NCBI GenBank assembly: GCA_963775685.1 | Contig: CAVZJV010000014.1 | Span: 2,176,001 to 2,240,000 of the forward strand | Direction of reading: 5' to 3' | DNA: 64,000 bases | Source of the DNA: Candidatus Bathyarchaeota archaeon | GTDB taxonomy: Archaea; Thermoproteota; Bathyarchaeia; Bathyarchaeales; Bathycorpusculaceae | In this document: positions 20,735 to 29,956 of the stretch, one piece after another | How the letters are laid out: the number at the start of each line of letters is the position of its first letter | Numbering within the stretch: position 1 is the first letter of the stretch | Translations under genes and position numbers: made by a program | Notes under the pieces: model-generated | Database searches by the model: none | Seen by the model: only the letters and a program-made list of their open reading frames with translations | What the model was told of the DNA's origin: nothing

Positions 20735-21082
20735 TTAACTTTCTATCAATAACGCCAAGTAGCAGATCTGTCTGTATTGGTTTTTCCAGAAGCGCGTCTG
20801 CGCCTTCAATGCTGTTTTGCCAAAAGGGTCTTTTCCTGTAGGCGTAATCTTCACCGCGCTTGAGGAAGTTGCGTGTATTAGTAGAAAAAGCTCGGTGCCT
20901 TGCATATCAGGGAGACGTAAATCAATCAACGCGACATCGTAGTGGTTGTTGCTTTTTTTCAATGGCGTCTTTGCCCTTTTTCCAACTTCTACAAAATAGC
21001 CTCTCCTCTGGAAAACTTTAGTTAAAGTTCGCAGAATCACTGTGTCATCATCGATGATCAGTATAGAATGGCTTGCCGGCAA
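20735..21082 (-). pseudogene. Stand-alone response regulator receiver (several frameshifts)
   Basis: ILIIDDD, YDVALIDLRLPDMQG. Confidence 0.65.
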
Positions 21083-21167
21083 AACACAAGCCTCAAAACC
21101 TACTAAATATTGCCGCTGTCAAGTTTATTTTCCCCTATGTAAAAGACAAATCTCAGCATCTCTTAGC

Positions 21168-21410
21168 TTAAGCGGCGGGCTGTTTAATCCAAACTTTTAC
21201 CTTGTTCTGCACCTTTATTCGACCCTCAGTCTGCATCAGTCTAATCTGAGACTCGACAATTCTTTCATCTGCCGTGTGAAATTCTTTCTTGATTGCGTCT
21301 TCTAGCTTTGGTATGTTAATGTGTTCAGCTGCACCCACAACATTCCAAAAACAAACCTGTACCCTCTGTCTTCCTTTTTGCGCTTCCAAATCGAAGTCTT
21401 TACCCATCAA
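21168..21410 (-). CDS. Small hypothetical protein (wHTH-like)
   Basis: Helical ORF ending QIRLMQTEGRI..V. Confidence 0.5.
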   Translation of the reverse strand: MMGKDFDLEAQKGRQRVQVCFWNVVGAAEHINIPKLEDAIKKEFHTADERIVESQIRLMQTEGRIKVQNKVKVWIKQPAA

Positions 21411-21413
21411 CAG

Positions 21414-21533
21414 TTACCTTGCACAGTATGGGTCTTCATTTTTTGCTTTGTGGTGATTTACGCATTCTTGGCAGTCGCCATGTCTTAGGCAATCTTTCTT
21501 TGGGCAGGGGCAATTCGGAGCTTTAGATGACAT
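21414..21533 (-). CDS. 39-aa Cys/His-rich metal-binding microprotein
   Basis: MSSKAPNCPCPKKDCLRHGDCQECVNHHKAKNEDPYCAR; TATA-like AATATATTT ~25 bp upstream; missed by the ORF track. Confidence 0.7.
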   Translation of the reverse strand: MSSKAPNCPCPKKDCLRHGDCQECVNHHKAKNEDPYCAR

Positions 21534-21643
21534 AACCAAACATACTGGTTAAGCAAATATATTCATTGCCGAGCCAAATCTGCCATATGTACCGTCAACC
21601 TAATTAGTGACCGTAAACTCCCATGCTACATAAGGCAAAAAAC

Positions 21644-22048
21644 ATGACTGCTGCCCCATTAGCTAGCACAATAATTGCCATAGGCTTAATCCCCGTCGCA
21701 TTTCTCTTCGTCCATGCGTTCCTCAGTGGCCGAGGAAAAAGCCGCATCCACCCAGTCACAGGAACGATTGCAATTACGTGGGACCTTGTTATGTCTATTG
21801 GCTATATGCTCCTACGCAGTGTAACCATAGCTTTGACTCCACTTTTGACAGTTTATTTTGGAATCCATGGAGCAATAGCCGTAATTGTTATGGGTTTGGA
21901 AATTTCGGTTCTCGCCATCGGCATTCTACAGGTAAAACAGAAAACGCCGAACAAATGGCACCGCAAACTAGTAAAGTTTCTTTTTCCAATCTGGTGGTTT
22001 GCGTTCCTTTCGGGAGAAATAGTTTACCTACTAATGTACGTATTCTAA
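21644..22048 (+). CDS. DUF420-like membrane protein
   Basis: Four TM helices with conserved-looking His residues (RIHP, GIHG, KWHR). Confidence 0.55.
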   Translation: MTAAPLASTIIAIGLIPVAFLFVHAFLSGRGKSRIHPVTGTIAITWDLVMSIGYMLLRSVTIALTPLLTVYFGIHGAIAVIVMGLEISVLAIGILQVKQKTPNKWHRKLVKFLFPIWWFAFLSGEIVYLLMYVF

Positions 22049-22057
22049 AAAAAGAGT

Positions 22058-24040
22058 TTAGTGGAACAGAGTTAGTAGCCTGAAGGCTAAACCACCAATC
22101 AAGACAGCCGCTCCAATGTTGGCTAACGAAATGGTTGTTGCGGCTTTCCAACCGAACTCTTTTCCCAAAATCGCCACCGTCGACACGCAGGGTATGTAAA
22201 GCATCGCTACCAACGCCATCACAACCAGCTGCACAGGCGAGAAGTACAATGCCAAATTAGTAGTGCCAAAGATTGCTACAGCACCCAAAAGCACGAACTC
22301 TTTGCGCACAGTGCCCAAGATTAGTAGTACTCCAGCCGCGGCGGGTAAGCCAAGCCACCAAACCGTCAATGGCGAAAGCGCATTACTAATGGGCGTTAAC
22401 ACATTGTACACATACAACGCTTGGAGCAAGGCACTCCCTACGATGTAGATGGGAAACACTATGTAGATGATAGATTTGGTTCTGGCCCACGTCTGCTTGA
22501 GCACGACTTTAAGTGAGGGCATCTTGAAGCTACTCATCTCCATAATCAACCCAGTGGATTTACCCGGAACAACTTTCATGGCGATTCTGCCTAAACCAAA
22601 AATTATTGCAACATCAACCACATAGAGCAGCAGAGCCCACTGTATACCGACAAATAACCCAACCATGCCAAATAGCACGATTGTTCTCGCTGAGCATGGC
22701 GCGAAAGTTATGGCGAAAGCTGCCAAAAGCCGCTCACGTCGGGTCTCCATGATTTTGCATGCCTGAATCGCGGGCACGTTACAACCGTAACCCAAAATAA
22801 TCGGAATCAAAGCTTTGCCATGTAAACCCATTTTGTGCATAGCGCTATCCATCACAAAGGCTACGCGGGTGAGAATGCCTGAGTTTTCAACCAAAGCCAA
22901 CAGTAGGTAAAATGGGACGACGAAAGGGATAATCAGGGTCATTCCCGCGTTGAATCCGCCCCAAACACCGTTCAAAACAATCGATAGAATCGGTTGGGAC
23001 ACTGACAAAGCGGGATCAACTGGTGTAATCAAGCTTAATCCGCTTGAAATCAAATTAGATAATCCATTTCCTATAAAAAACGTCCAAAGCAGCAACCCAG
23101 CGATTATTCCCACCGAAGTGAAATATCCCAGCACCCTGTGAGTGGTTAACCATTCAAGTTTTTCAGAGAAAGTGCTCTTAACTTCGCTCTGCTGGAGTGC
23201 AGAAGCAGCGATGGAACTTGCCAAGGCATATCTTTCAGAAGCAATAAGCGAGAAACATGCTTCTTGGCAGGTGCTGGACATTTCCTTTGAAATAGCTACG
23301 GCAGAATCGATGACCGCCCTTGACTGGGCAGAAACGAGCTTGACGATTTCAACATCGCCCTCAAGCAGTTTTATAGCAAGCCAACGAGGGGGATACTGCA
23401 ACGAAAGGTTTGCTTTTTCAACAACCTCTCTTAGTTTCTCTATGGTTTCCTCAACTTCTCGTCGGTACTTTAGATGCTTGGTTTTCGGCTTTGACAGGGC
23501 TACATTTACAGCTTCACCCATAAGTTCATAGATGCCTTCGCCCCGTGTTGCAACTACAAAAACAACAGGCACGCCAAGGATTCCCTGTAACTTTTCCTTG
23601 TCAATTACCATACCTTTGCTTTTGGCAACATCCACTTGGTTTATGCACAAAACCAAAGGCGCCTGCATTTCGAGCAACTGAATCGTAAAGAACAAGTTTC
23701 TTTCCAAAACTGAAGCGTCAACAACATTTATGACCACGTCGGGCTCTTCAAGAGCAATGTAGTCCCTCGAAACAAGTTCCTCCATGGAAAACGTCGAAAA
23801 CGAGTAAATTCCTGGCAAATCAATAATTTTAATTTCGTAGCCTTCATAGCATAACGTACCCTCTGCGCGGTCCACAGTTTTTCCGGGCCAATTACCAATT
23901 ATCTGGTTTGACCCAGTGAGCTGGTTAAAGATGACGCTTTTGCCTACGTTGGCGTTTCCTGCGAGCGCAAAAGTTAGTTGATTACCAGTTTCTCTGTTGG
24001 GTTTTTTAGTCTTTGATTTAGGGTTAGGATGACATGACAA
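22058..24040 (-). CDS. feoB: Ferrous iron transporter FeoB
   Basis: GNANVGKS, GNWPGKTV, DLPGIYS, GYGCNVPA and PCSAR motifs. Confidence 0.95.
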   Translation of the reverse strand: MSCHPNPKSKTKKPNRETGNQLTFALAGNANVGKSVIFNQLTGSNQIIGNWPGKTVDRAEGTLCYEGYEIKIIDLPGIYSFSTFSMEELVSRDYIALEEPDVVINVVDASVLERNLFFTIQLLEMQAPLVLCINQVDVAKSKGMVIDKEKLQGILGVPVVFVVATRGEGIYELMGEAVNVALSKPKTKHLKYRREVEETIEKLREVVEKANLSLQYPPRWLAIKLLEGDVEIVKLVSAQSRAVIDSAVAISKEMSSTCQEACFSLIASERYALASSIAASALQQSEVKSTFSEKLEWLTTHRVLGYFTSVGIIAGLLLWTFFIGNGLSNLISSGLSLITPVDPALSVSQPILSIVLNGVWGGFNAGMTLIIPFVVPFYLLLALVENSGILTRVAFVMDSAMHKMGLHGKALIPIILGYGCNVPAIQACKIMETRRERLLAAFAITFAPCSARTIVLFGMVGLFVGIQWALLLYVVDVAIIFGLGRIAMKVVPGKSTGLIMEMSSFKMPSLKVVLKQTWARTKSIIYIVFPIYIVGSALLQALYVYNVLTPISNALSPLTVWWLGLPAAAGVLLILGTVRKEFVLLGAVAIFGTTNLALYFSPVQLVVMALVAMLYIPCVSTVAILGKEFGWKAATTISLANIGAAVLIGGLAFRLLTLFH

Positions 24041-24055
24041 AGTTTGTAACCCTCC

Positions 24056-24775
24056 TCAACTCATATGTTCTGTCTCAACGAAAACTTTTGATGCGATACC
24101 TCTGCCAAGAGCTAATTTTGAACCCCGCACTGAAATCTCAATAGGCCCCTCAAATGGCGCTGCTTTTAACAGAGTTATCTTTGTGCTAGGTGTTAACCCC
24201 ATATCTAAGAGTCGCTGAAGCACGATGTGACCACCTCTTATGAAGGAAATTTTGCCTGATTGGCCCGCTTTTAACTCACTCAACGCAACAAGGTTTTCCT
24301 TTCGTTTTCCTACTTCTTCTAAGCCTTGACTGTGAAGTTGAATGCATTCTTCACAATTTGAAAAAGGTAAGTTACAGGCTGGAATTGTTTTACCGTCATC
24401 GGAACAAATGTCTGGATGTTTTAGGAGACGGCATAGTGATTCTTCTGCCTCGTCGGAGAGGGAGTGTTCCATTTGACAGGCTTCCTTGTGGACTTTGTCT
24501 TTTCCAATGTGTAAAACGTCGGAGAGGAAGGTTTCAAGCAAGCGGTGTTTTCGAGTTACTTTTTGGGCTTCTTGGAGTCCTCTTTCGGTAAGGGTACTTC
24601 CGTGGTAGGGCGAATAGTTTACGTAGCCGTCTTGAGAAAGTTTTTTTAGCATCTCTGTTACGCTTGCGGGTGCAACTTCTAGTCTTTGGGAGATTTCGGT
24701 TGTGCTGACTAAGTCTCCGTTTTTGGATTGGCTGTAAATGGCTTTGAGGTAGTCTTGGGTTGATTTTTGCTCCAT
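24056..24775 (-). CDS. DtxR/MntR-family metal repressor with C-terminal FeoA domain
   Basis: DYLKAIY, SVTEMLKKL, RKHRLLE.FL and EACQMEH; LLDMGL.P FeoA tail. Confidence 0.92.
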   Translation of the reverse strand: MEQKSTQDYLKAIYSQSKNGDLVSTTEISQRLEVAPASVTEMLKKLSQDGYVNYSPYHGSTLTERGLQEAQKVTRKHRLLETFLSDVLHIGKDKVHKEACQMEHSLSDEAEESLCRLLKHPDICSDDGKTIPACNLPFSNCEECIQLHSQGLEEVGKRKENLVALSELKAGQSGKISFIRGGHIVLQRLLDMGLTPSTKITLLKAAPFEGPIEISVRGSKLALGRGIASKVFVETEHMS

Positions 24776-24790
24776 TCTTCTCGCCTCAAA

Positions 24791-24838
24791 TTTAGGTAAA
24801 CCTAAACTTTGCCTAATAAATGTTTAGGCATACCTAAA
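24791..24838. promoter_or_regulatory. Two DtxR-type operators flanking the TATA box of the DtxR-feoB operon
   Basis: TTTAGG-taaa-CCTAAA (24791-24806) and TTTAGG-cata-CCTAAA (24823-24838); minus-strand TTTATTA between them. Confidence 0.8.
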
Positions 24839-24950
24839 AAATAACTTCCATCAAACATGACACATTAAAACCCTTGAACTTCCACCCCCTTCCAGTAACG
24901 GCTAAATACTGCAAAGACTAATTCCGTTGATGCCCAGCAGAGGGAAAACA

Positions 24951-26288
24951 ATGAAAGACCTGCCCAATTTAGTCCAAGACATCGTGGAAGCCACACGCAA
25001 ACACGAACTATACCGCGACAAAGAATGCATAAACATGATAGCCAGCGAAGGACTAAAATCTCCTGCTGTCAACCAAATGCTCGACCTCTCACACGACCTT
25101 GCATGCAGGTACGCCGAAGGAGAAAACGACGCCCAAGGACACGTAAAAAAACGCTACTACCAAGGGCAAAAATACATGTCCCAGATAGAGGATTTTGCAA
25201 CCGACATCATGAAAAGCCTCTTCAACTGCACCTGGGCAGACGTCCGTCTGGTTTCTGGAACCCATGCGAACCTTGCAACTTTCAAGGGCTTGTCTCTAGC
25301 CTCAAAGAATAACAAGATGGTTGTCACGCCACTTAGTTGCGGTGCCCACATCAGTCACGATTACACGGGGTTAGCTGGCAACATACTCGGCTTAGACAAC
25401 ATAAATCACGTTTACAACATTGACGAATTCAACATCGACGCGGAAAAATCCGCGTATGTCATCCGCGCTGCCAAACCCGGAATTGTCACATTTGGCGGCA
25501 GCCTCTTTCTGTTTCCCCATCCGATAAAAGAGTTAACGGAAGTCTGCCATGAAGTTGGTGCATACATCGCCTATGACGCCTCACACGTGCTCGGCTTAAT
25601 CGCGGGTGGACAATTCCAAGACCCCCTTCGTGAAGGCGCAGACTTCATAACATCTTCAACACACAAAACCTTCCCAGGACCCCAAGGTGGAGTAATAATG
25701 GGAAGCCCAAACAGTCCCGCAACTGAGAAGGCAGTGAGAAAGATACAGTTCGCGGTTTTCCCACTTAGCGCTTCAAGCACCCATCTTGGCAGGTTACCTG
25801 CACTCAGCATAGCTGCCTTGGAAATGAAGGTTTTTGGTCCACAACTGGCAAAACAAATTGTCAAAAATGCCCAAACCGCAGGCCAATACCTCTGCGAAAA
25901 CGGCGTCAAGGTCCTCGCTGAACACAAAGGCTTCACACAATCTCACCAGATTGCACTTGATATTCGCAGTTTTGGCGGAGGCAACAAAATCGCACAAGAC
26001 CTTGAAGACGCAAATATAATCCTAAACAAGAACCTTCTGCCCTACGATGATCAAAGTACAAAAGAGAACCCCTCAGGATTGCGAGTTGGTTTCCAAGATA
26101 TAACTAGACGGGGTTTTGCAGAAGGCGACATCAAGCATCTGTGCGACCTGATGCTTGACGTAATCAAAGGCAAACGCAGCCCTGCCCAAGTGAAAATGGA
26201 AGTTTTGGCTCTCAAAAAAGAGTTCAACAGCGTAAAGTACGGGTTCCAAGACGTTGAAGAAGGCTTAAACTACATCAAAAAGGTTTAA
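24951..26288 (+). CDS. glyA: Serine hydroxymethyltransferase
   Basis: INMIASE, YAEG, GAHISH, YDASHVLGL, STHKTFPGPQGG and NKNLLP. Confidence 0.93.
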   Translation: MKDLPNLVQDIVEATRKHELYRDKECINMIASEGLKSPAVNQMLDLSHDLACRYAEGENDAQGHVKKRYYQGQKYMSQIEDFATDIMKSLFNCTWADVRLVSGTHANLATFKGLSLASKNNKMVVTPLSCGAHISHDYTGLAGNILGLDNINHVYNIDEFNIDAEKSAYVIRAAKPGIVTFGGSLFLFPHPIKELTEVCHEVGAYIAYDASHVLGLIAGGQFQDPLREGADFITSSTHKTFPGPQGGVIMGSPNSPATEKAVRKIQFAVFPLSASSTHLGRLPALSIAALEMKVFGPQLAKQIVKNAQTAGQYLCENGVKVLAEHKGFTQSHQIALDIRSFGGGNKIAQDLEDANIILNKNLLPYDDQSTKENPSGLRVGFQDITRRGFAEGDIKHLCDLMLDVIKGKRSPAQVKMEVLALKKEFNSVKYGFQDVEEGLNYIKKV

Positions 26289-26357
26289 ACCTCAATTTTT
26301 CACCTTTTGCCCTAAACATTAATTAAGTAACTTTTCGCTTTTTAGCACTGAAAACCA

Positions 26358-26648
26358 ATGACCTTCGATCCTCTTTCGGTTCTCTTCTTGATTGTTGCCA
26401 TAGGTTTTGTTGTGCTTTTTGTTTTGTTACCAAGATATGGGCCACACTACACATCGAGATTGACCTGCCCTAACTGCAGAAAAAGCTTCAATTTCCACTG
26501 GGTGCCCGGCGCCACAATAGCCTCTCTTGTTTACCGAGGTAGGCGACAACTAAAATGTCCCTACTGCCATGTGAAATCAACCTACGAAATAGCATCAACA
26601 AGAGTTACCAAACCAAAAAACTCCCAAAAAGCCAAGCTCAAAGCTTAA
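26358..26648 (+). CDS. Membrane-anchored Zn-ribbon protein
   Basis: N-terminal TM, CPNC...CPYC. Confidence 0.6.
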   Translation: MTFDPLSVLFLIVAIGFVVLFVLLPRYGPHYTSRLTCPNCRKSFNFHWVPGATIASLVYRGRRQLKCPYCHVKSTYEIASTRVTKPKNSQKAKLKA

Positions 26649-26732
26649 ACAACCTGCGGTTTATTTCAGAGAACTTTATTATCCACAACAGCAATCAAAC
26701 TTTTAATTAATCTTTACTGGAGATCCCTTAGC

Positions 26733-27917
26733 ATGAAAGTATTGTTGAATGACGGTTTGGAGAAGGAAGGCTTGAAAGTCTTCCAAGAAGCAGGCATAGA
26801 AACCGACGCCAAAAAAAGAGAGTTAGCTGCTCTTGTCGCCGAGATTAACCAGTTTGATGCTTTAGTTGTCCGCAGCGCCACAAAAGTTACGCGCGAGGTT
26901 TTGGAGGCAGGAGCCAGAGGCAAACTCAAAATCGTAGGCAGAGCAGGCGTAGGATACGACAATATCGATGTGGCGGCAGCCTCAGAGTTTGGTATTGTAG
27001 TAAAATCTGCACCTTATGGAAGCACCAACGCCGTCACGGAATTGACCATCGGTTTAATGCTGAGCATCTCAAGAAACACCCCCCAAGCCCACTCTTTACT
27101 AAAGGCTGGCGTTTGGGAAAAAGACAAACTCAAAGGAAAAGAATTAGCCTACAAAACGCTGGGTCTTTTAGGTTGTGGCAGAATTGGACAAAAGGTCGCT
27201 CAAATCGCCAAACGCGGCTTCGACATGGAAGTCATAGGCTACGACATTAAACCATGTTTTGAATCAGGCATAAAGTTCATGACAAAAGAAGAAGTCCTCG
27301 CCAAAGCAGATTACATCAGCATCCACACAGGCGGCAAAGAAACAATTATCACCGAAAAAGACTTCGCCCTGATGAAACCTACAGCTTACGTAATCAACAC
27401 CTCAAGAGGAAATAACATTGACCAACAAGCCCTCTATAAAGCACTAAAAGAAGGCAAAATCGCAGGCGCCGCAATAGATGTCTACAAAGAAGAACCCAAA
27501 ATGGAAGGTGCTGAATTCAAAGACCAACTTAGAGAACTCGATAACATCGTTTTAAGTTGTCACCTTGGAGCATCAACCGCAGAGGCGCAACGTGAAACTT
27601 CAACAGAAATTGCCAGAGTCATATCAGGATACCTTTTAGGCGGAGACTTCACCAACTCCGTCAACGCTGGAGAAAACATCGAAGTCGAGGAAAAACCAGT
27701 TCACACTCTGTTCATCCACCACCGAGACGTTCCAGGCGTGTTCGCAAACATCGACAAAGTCCTAGCTGACTGCGACATAAACATACGCGCAAACTATTCA
27801 AGGCAAATCGGCAACAGCGGCTACGCCATATCAGTCTACGTGCTCCACAAAAAAGTCACACCAGAAATCATCAACAAACTCAAAGCAATCCCAAACATTT
27901 GCAACGTTAAATTCTAA
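26733..27917 (+). CDS. serA: D-3-phosphoglycerate dehydrogenase with ACT domain
   Basis: VRSATKV, GRAGVGYDNID, GCGRIG, NTSRG, HLGAST.EAQ; HRDVPG ACT domain. Confidence 0.9.
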   Translation: MKVLLNDGLEKEGLKVFQEAGIETDAKKRELAALVAEINQFDALVVRSATKVTREVLEAGARGKLKIVGRAGVGYDNIDVAAASEFGIVVKSAPYGSTNAVTELTIGLMLSISRNTPQAHSLLKAGVWEKDKLKGKELAYKTLGLLGCGRIGQKVAQIAKRGFDMEVIGYDIKPCFESGIKFMTKEEVLAKADYISIHTGGKETIITEKDFALMKPTAYVINTSRGNNIDQQALYKALKEGKIAGAAIDVYKEEPKMEGAEFKDQLRELDNIVLSCHLGASTAEAQRETSTEIARVISGYLLGGDFTNSVNAGENIEVEEKPVHTLFIHHRDVPGVFANIDKVLADCDINIRANYSRQIGNSGYAISVYVLHKKVTPEIINKLKAIPNICNVKF

Positions 27918-27968
27918 GTCGCCTGTTTCACACAGGCATATAAACAACTTTTCTTCTTTTAAGTAGTT

Positions 27969-28649
27969 ATGCACTTAGGAGTTTTATTCTCAGGCGGCAA
28001 AGACTCAACCCTTGCTCTACACTTGGCTAAAGAGAAAGAGGAAGTAGCTTGCCTAATCACGGTTGTTTCAAAGAACAAAGAAAGTTACATGTTCCACACC
28101 CCAAACATTGAAATGACTGAGCTTCAGGCTGAAGCCTTGGGGTTGCCGTTGATTTCGGTGGCTACTGAGGGGCAAAAAGAAGAGGAGCTTGCCGAATTAG
28201 AGAAGGCAATTGCGCAGGCAAAAAGTAGCTTTCAAATCGACGGTGTGGTCACGGGTGCTGTGGAATCAGTATATCAAGCCTCCAGGGTTCAACGCATCTG
28301 CAGCCGTCTTGATGTCTGGTGCTTCAACCCACTGTGGAAACATGATCAGAAAACGCTTTTGGAAACTTTTGTTGAAAGAAAATTTCAAGTATTAATTTCG
28401 GGAATTTTTGCTTATCCCCTTGATGAGAAATGGCTTGGGAAACAAATAGACGTACAGGTGATAGCGCGATTAATGGAGCTCCAAAGCCAATATGGAATTA
28501 GCCCCTCTGGGGAGGGGGGAGAGATTGAAACGATTGTCCTCAATGCCCCATTGTTTAAACGGAAAATAGAAATCCTCGATTTCGCGGTTGAGGCTAAAGA
28601 CAACTGTGGAGTTTTCCAAATAAAGCAGGCTCGGTTGGTTGAGAAATGA
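27969..28649 (+). CDS. dph6: Diphthine--ammonia ligase (Dph6/MJ0570 family)
   Basis: LFSGGKDS, SYMFH, GAVESVYQ..R, PLW and GEGGE.ET. Confidence 0.88.
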   Translation: MHLGVLFSGGKDSTLALHLAKEKEEVACLITVVSKNKESYMFHTPNIEMTELQAEALGLPLISVATEGQKEEELAELEKAIAQAKSSFQIDGVVTGAVESVYQASRVQRICSRLDVWCFNPLWKHDQKTLLETFVERKFQVLISGIFAYPLDEKWLGKQIDVQVIARLMELQSQYGISPSGEGGEIETIVLNAPLFKRKIEILDFAVEAKDNCGVFQIKQARLVEK

Positions 28650-29194
28650 TTTTGGTTGTAGACATGAACTGGAGCCAGAGGTCGTTGGCTTTCAACGAGT
28701 TTGTTTCCCCAATCGTTACCGTTGTTCAGCAGCTTGAGAAATGCTTGGTAAAGCATTTTTTGGATATCGAATCCTCCGAACTGGAAGGTTACAGCAAGGT
28801 TGTGCTCTCAGGAACAGCGCTTAAAGACCATGCCACGCTAAAGCAGGTTGACAAGTTCAATTGGATTAAAAAATATGACAAGCCCATTTTGGGGATTTGC
28901 GCTGGCATGCAGACAATCAGTTTAGTTTTCGATGACCCCTTGATGAGTTGCCTGCAAGTCGGAATGATCGAAATCACAACGCTTAAAGAAAACCCCCTGT
29001 TTCAAGCCGACTTTAAAGCTTACGCGCTTCACAACTACTCAACTGCGCCTTCCCGAACCTTTGAAACACTCGCAAAATCCACAAAATGCATCCAAGCAAT
29101 AAAACACAAACAAAAGAGCATCTACGGTGTCCTGTTTCATCCTGAGGTGCGAAACCAAGAAATCCTAAAACGCTTTATGCAATTAAATCAATGA
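28646..29194 (+). CDS. Class I glutamine amidotransferase (GuaA-A-like, stand-alone)
   Basis: VLSG, PILGICAGMQ nucleophile elbow, FHPE; ATGA overlap with dph6. Confidence 0.85.
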   Translation: MILVVDMNWSQRSLAFNEFVSPIVTVVQQLEKCLVKHFLDIESSELEGYSKVVLSGTALKDHATLKQVDKFNWIKKYDKPILGICAGMQTISLVFDDPLMSCLQVGMIEITTLKENPLFQADFKAYALHNYSTAPSRTFETLAKSTKCIQAIKHKQKSIYGVLFHPEVRNQEILKRFMQLNQ

Positions 29195-29436
29195 GCAAGC
29201 TTCGGGGTATGGAAATGCACTTAAGCGGCGAACACTTACAACCCCAAATGCAACCTCCAAGGATTCTAATCAAGCCGGGCATCCGAGTAAAAATTGTTTT
29301 GAAGCAAGACCAGCGAAGTGGCAAATTAACTGAGGGCGCTGTCGAAGAAATTCTTACCAGCAGCCCAACTCACCCGCATGGGATCAAAGTAAGGCTTACA
29401 GACGGCAAAGTCGGCAGAGTACAATCAATTGGTTAA
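29191..29436 (+). CDS. YwbE/DUF2196 family protein
   Basis: IVLKQDQRSGKLTEG.V.EILT.S..HPHGIKVRL.DG.VGRV. Confidence 0.85.
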   Translation: MSKLRGMEMHLSGEHLQPQMQPPRILIKPGIRVKIVLKQDQRSGKLTEGAVEEILTSSPTHPHGIKVRLTDGKVGRVQSIG

Positions 29437-29474
29437 TTTCTGTATGCTGGCCATTGACAGAAAAAAGTAAACAG

Positions 29475-29720
29475 TTAAGGGGTCTGTTCAGAATTGACCT
29501 CTTGTTCAGCTTGTGTTTTTGGTTCTGCTTTTGCTGGCTTCGAAGTAATGAAAGCCACTGCGAATGAAAGAACCGCGGCGACTATGAAGGGAACCATCGC
29601 TGTTAAGACGCTTAACCCAATAAAGATTGCAGGAGCCGCTGACGAATAAAGCGTCGCATCTAACTCGTAATTTATAATCGCTGCAAACACAGAAAATACT
29701 ACGAAGATAATGCCAAACAC
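29475..29720 (-). CDS. Small 2-TM membrane protein
   Basis: Two hydrophobic helices and a charged tail. Confidence 0.5.
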   Translation of the reverse strand: MFGIIFVVFSVFAAIINYELDATLYSSAAPAIFIGLSVLTAMVPFIVAAVLSFAVAFITSKPAKAEPKTQAEQEVNSEQTP

Positions 29721-29956
29721 TTTGGCAATTTTGTTTATAATTTTCCAGTTACCTATTTGTCCTCACCAATTATCTTCTGCTTGTACTTGCGTCCTTTTAA
29801 GGAATTGCTATTTCAAGATGACACTGCTTATGATCGAATAATCAAAAAATCATTCAATAAAAAAAATTAGGTCAATATAGCATGTTGACGCTTGGCAGAA
29901 ATGGTTAAGAGTTAAGAGTGTGTTTTTTTAATGTAGCTATTAGGAGGATTTTTGTT

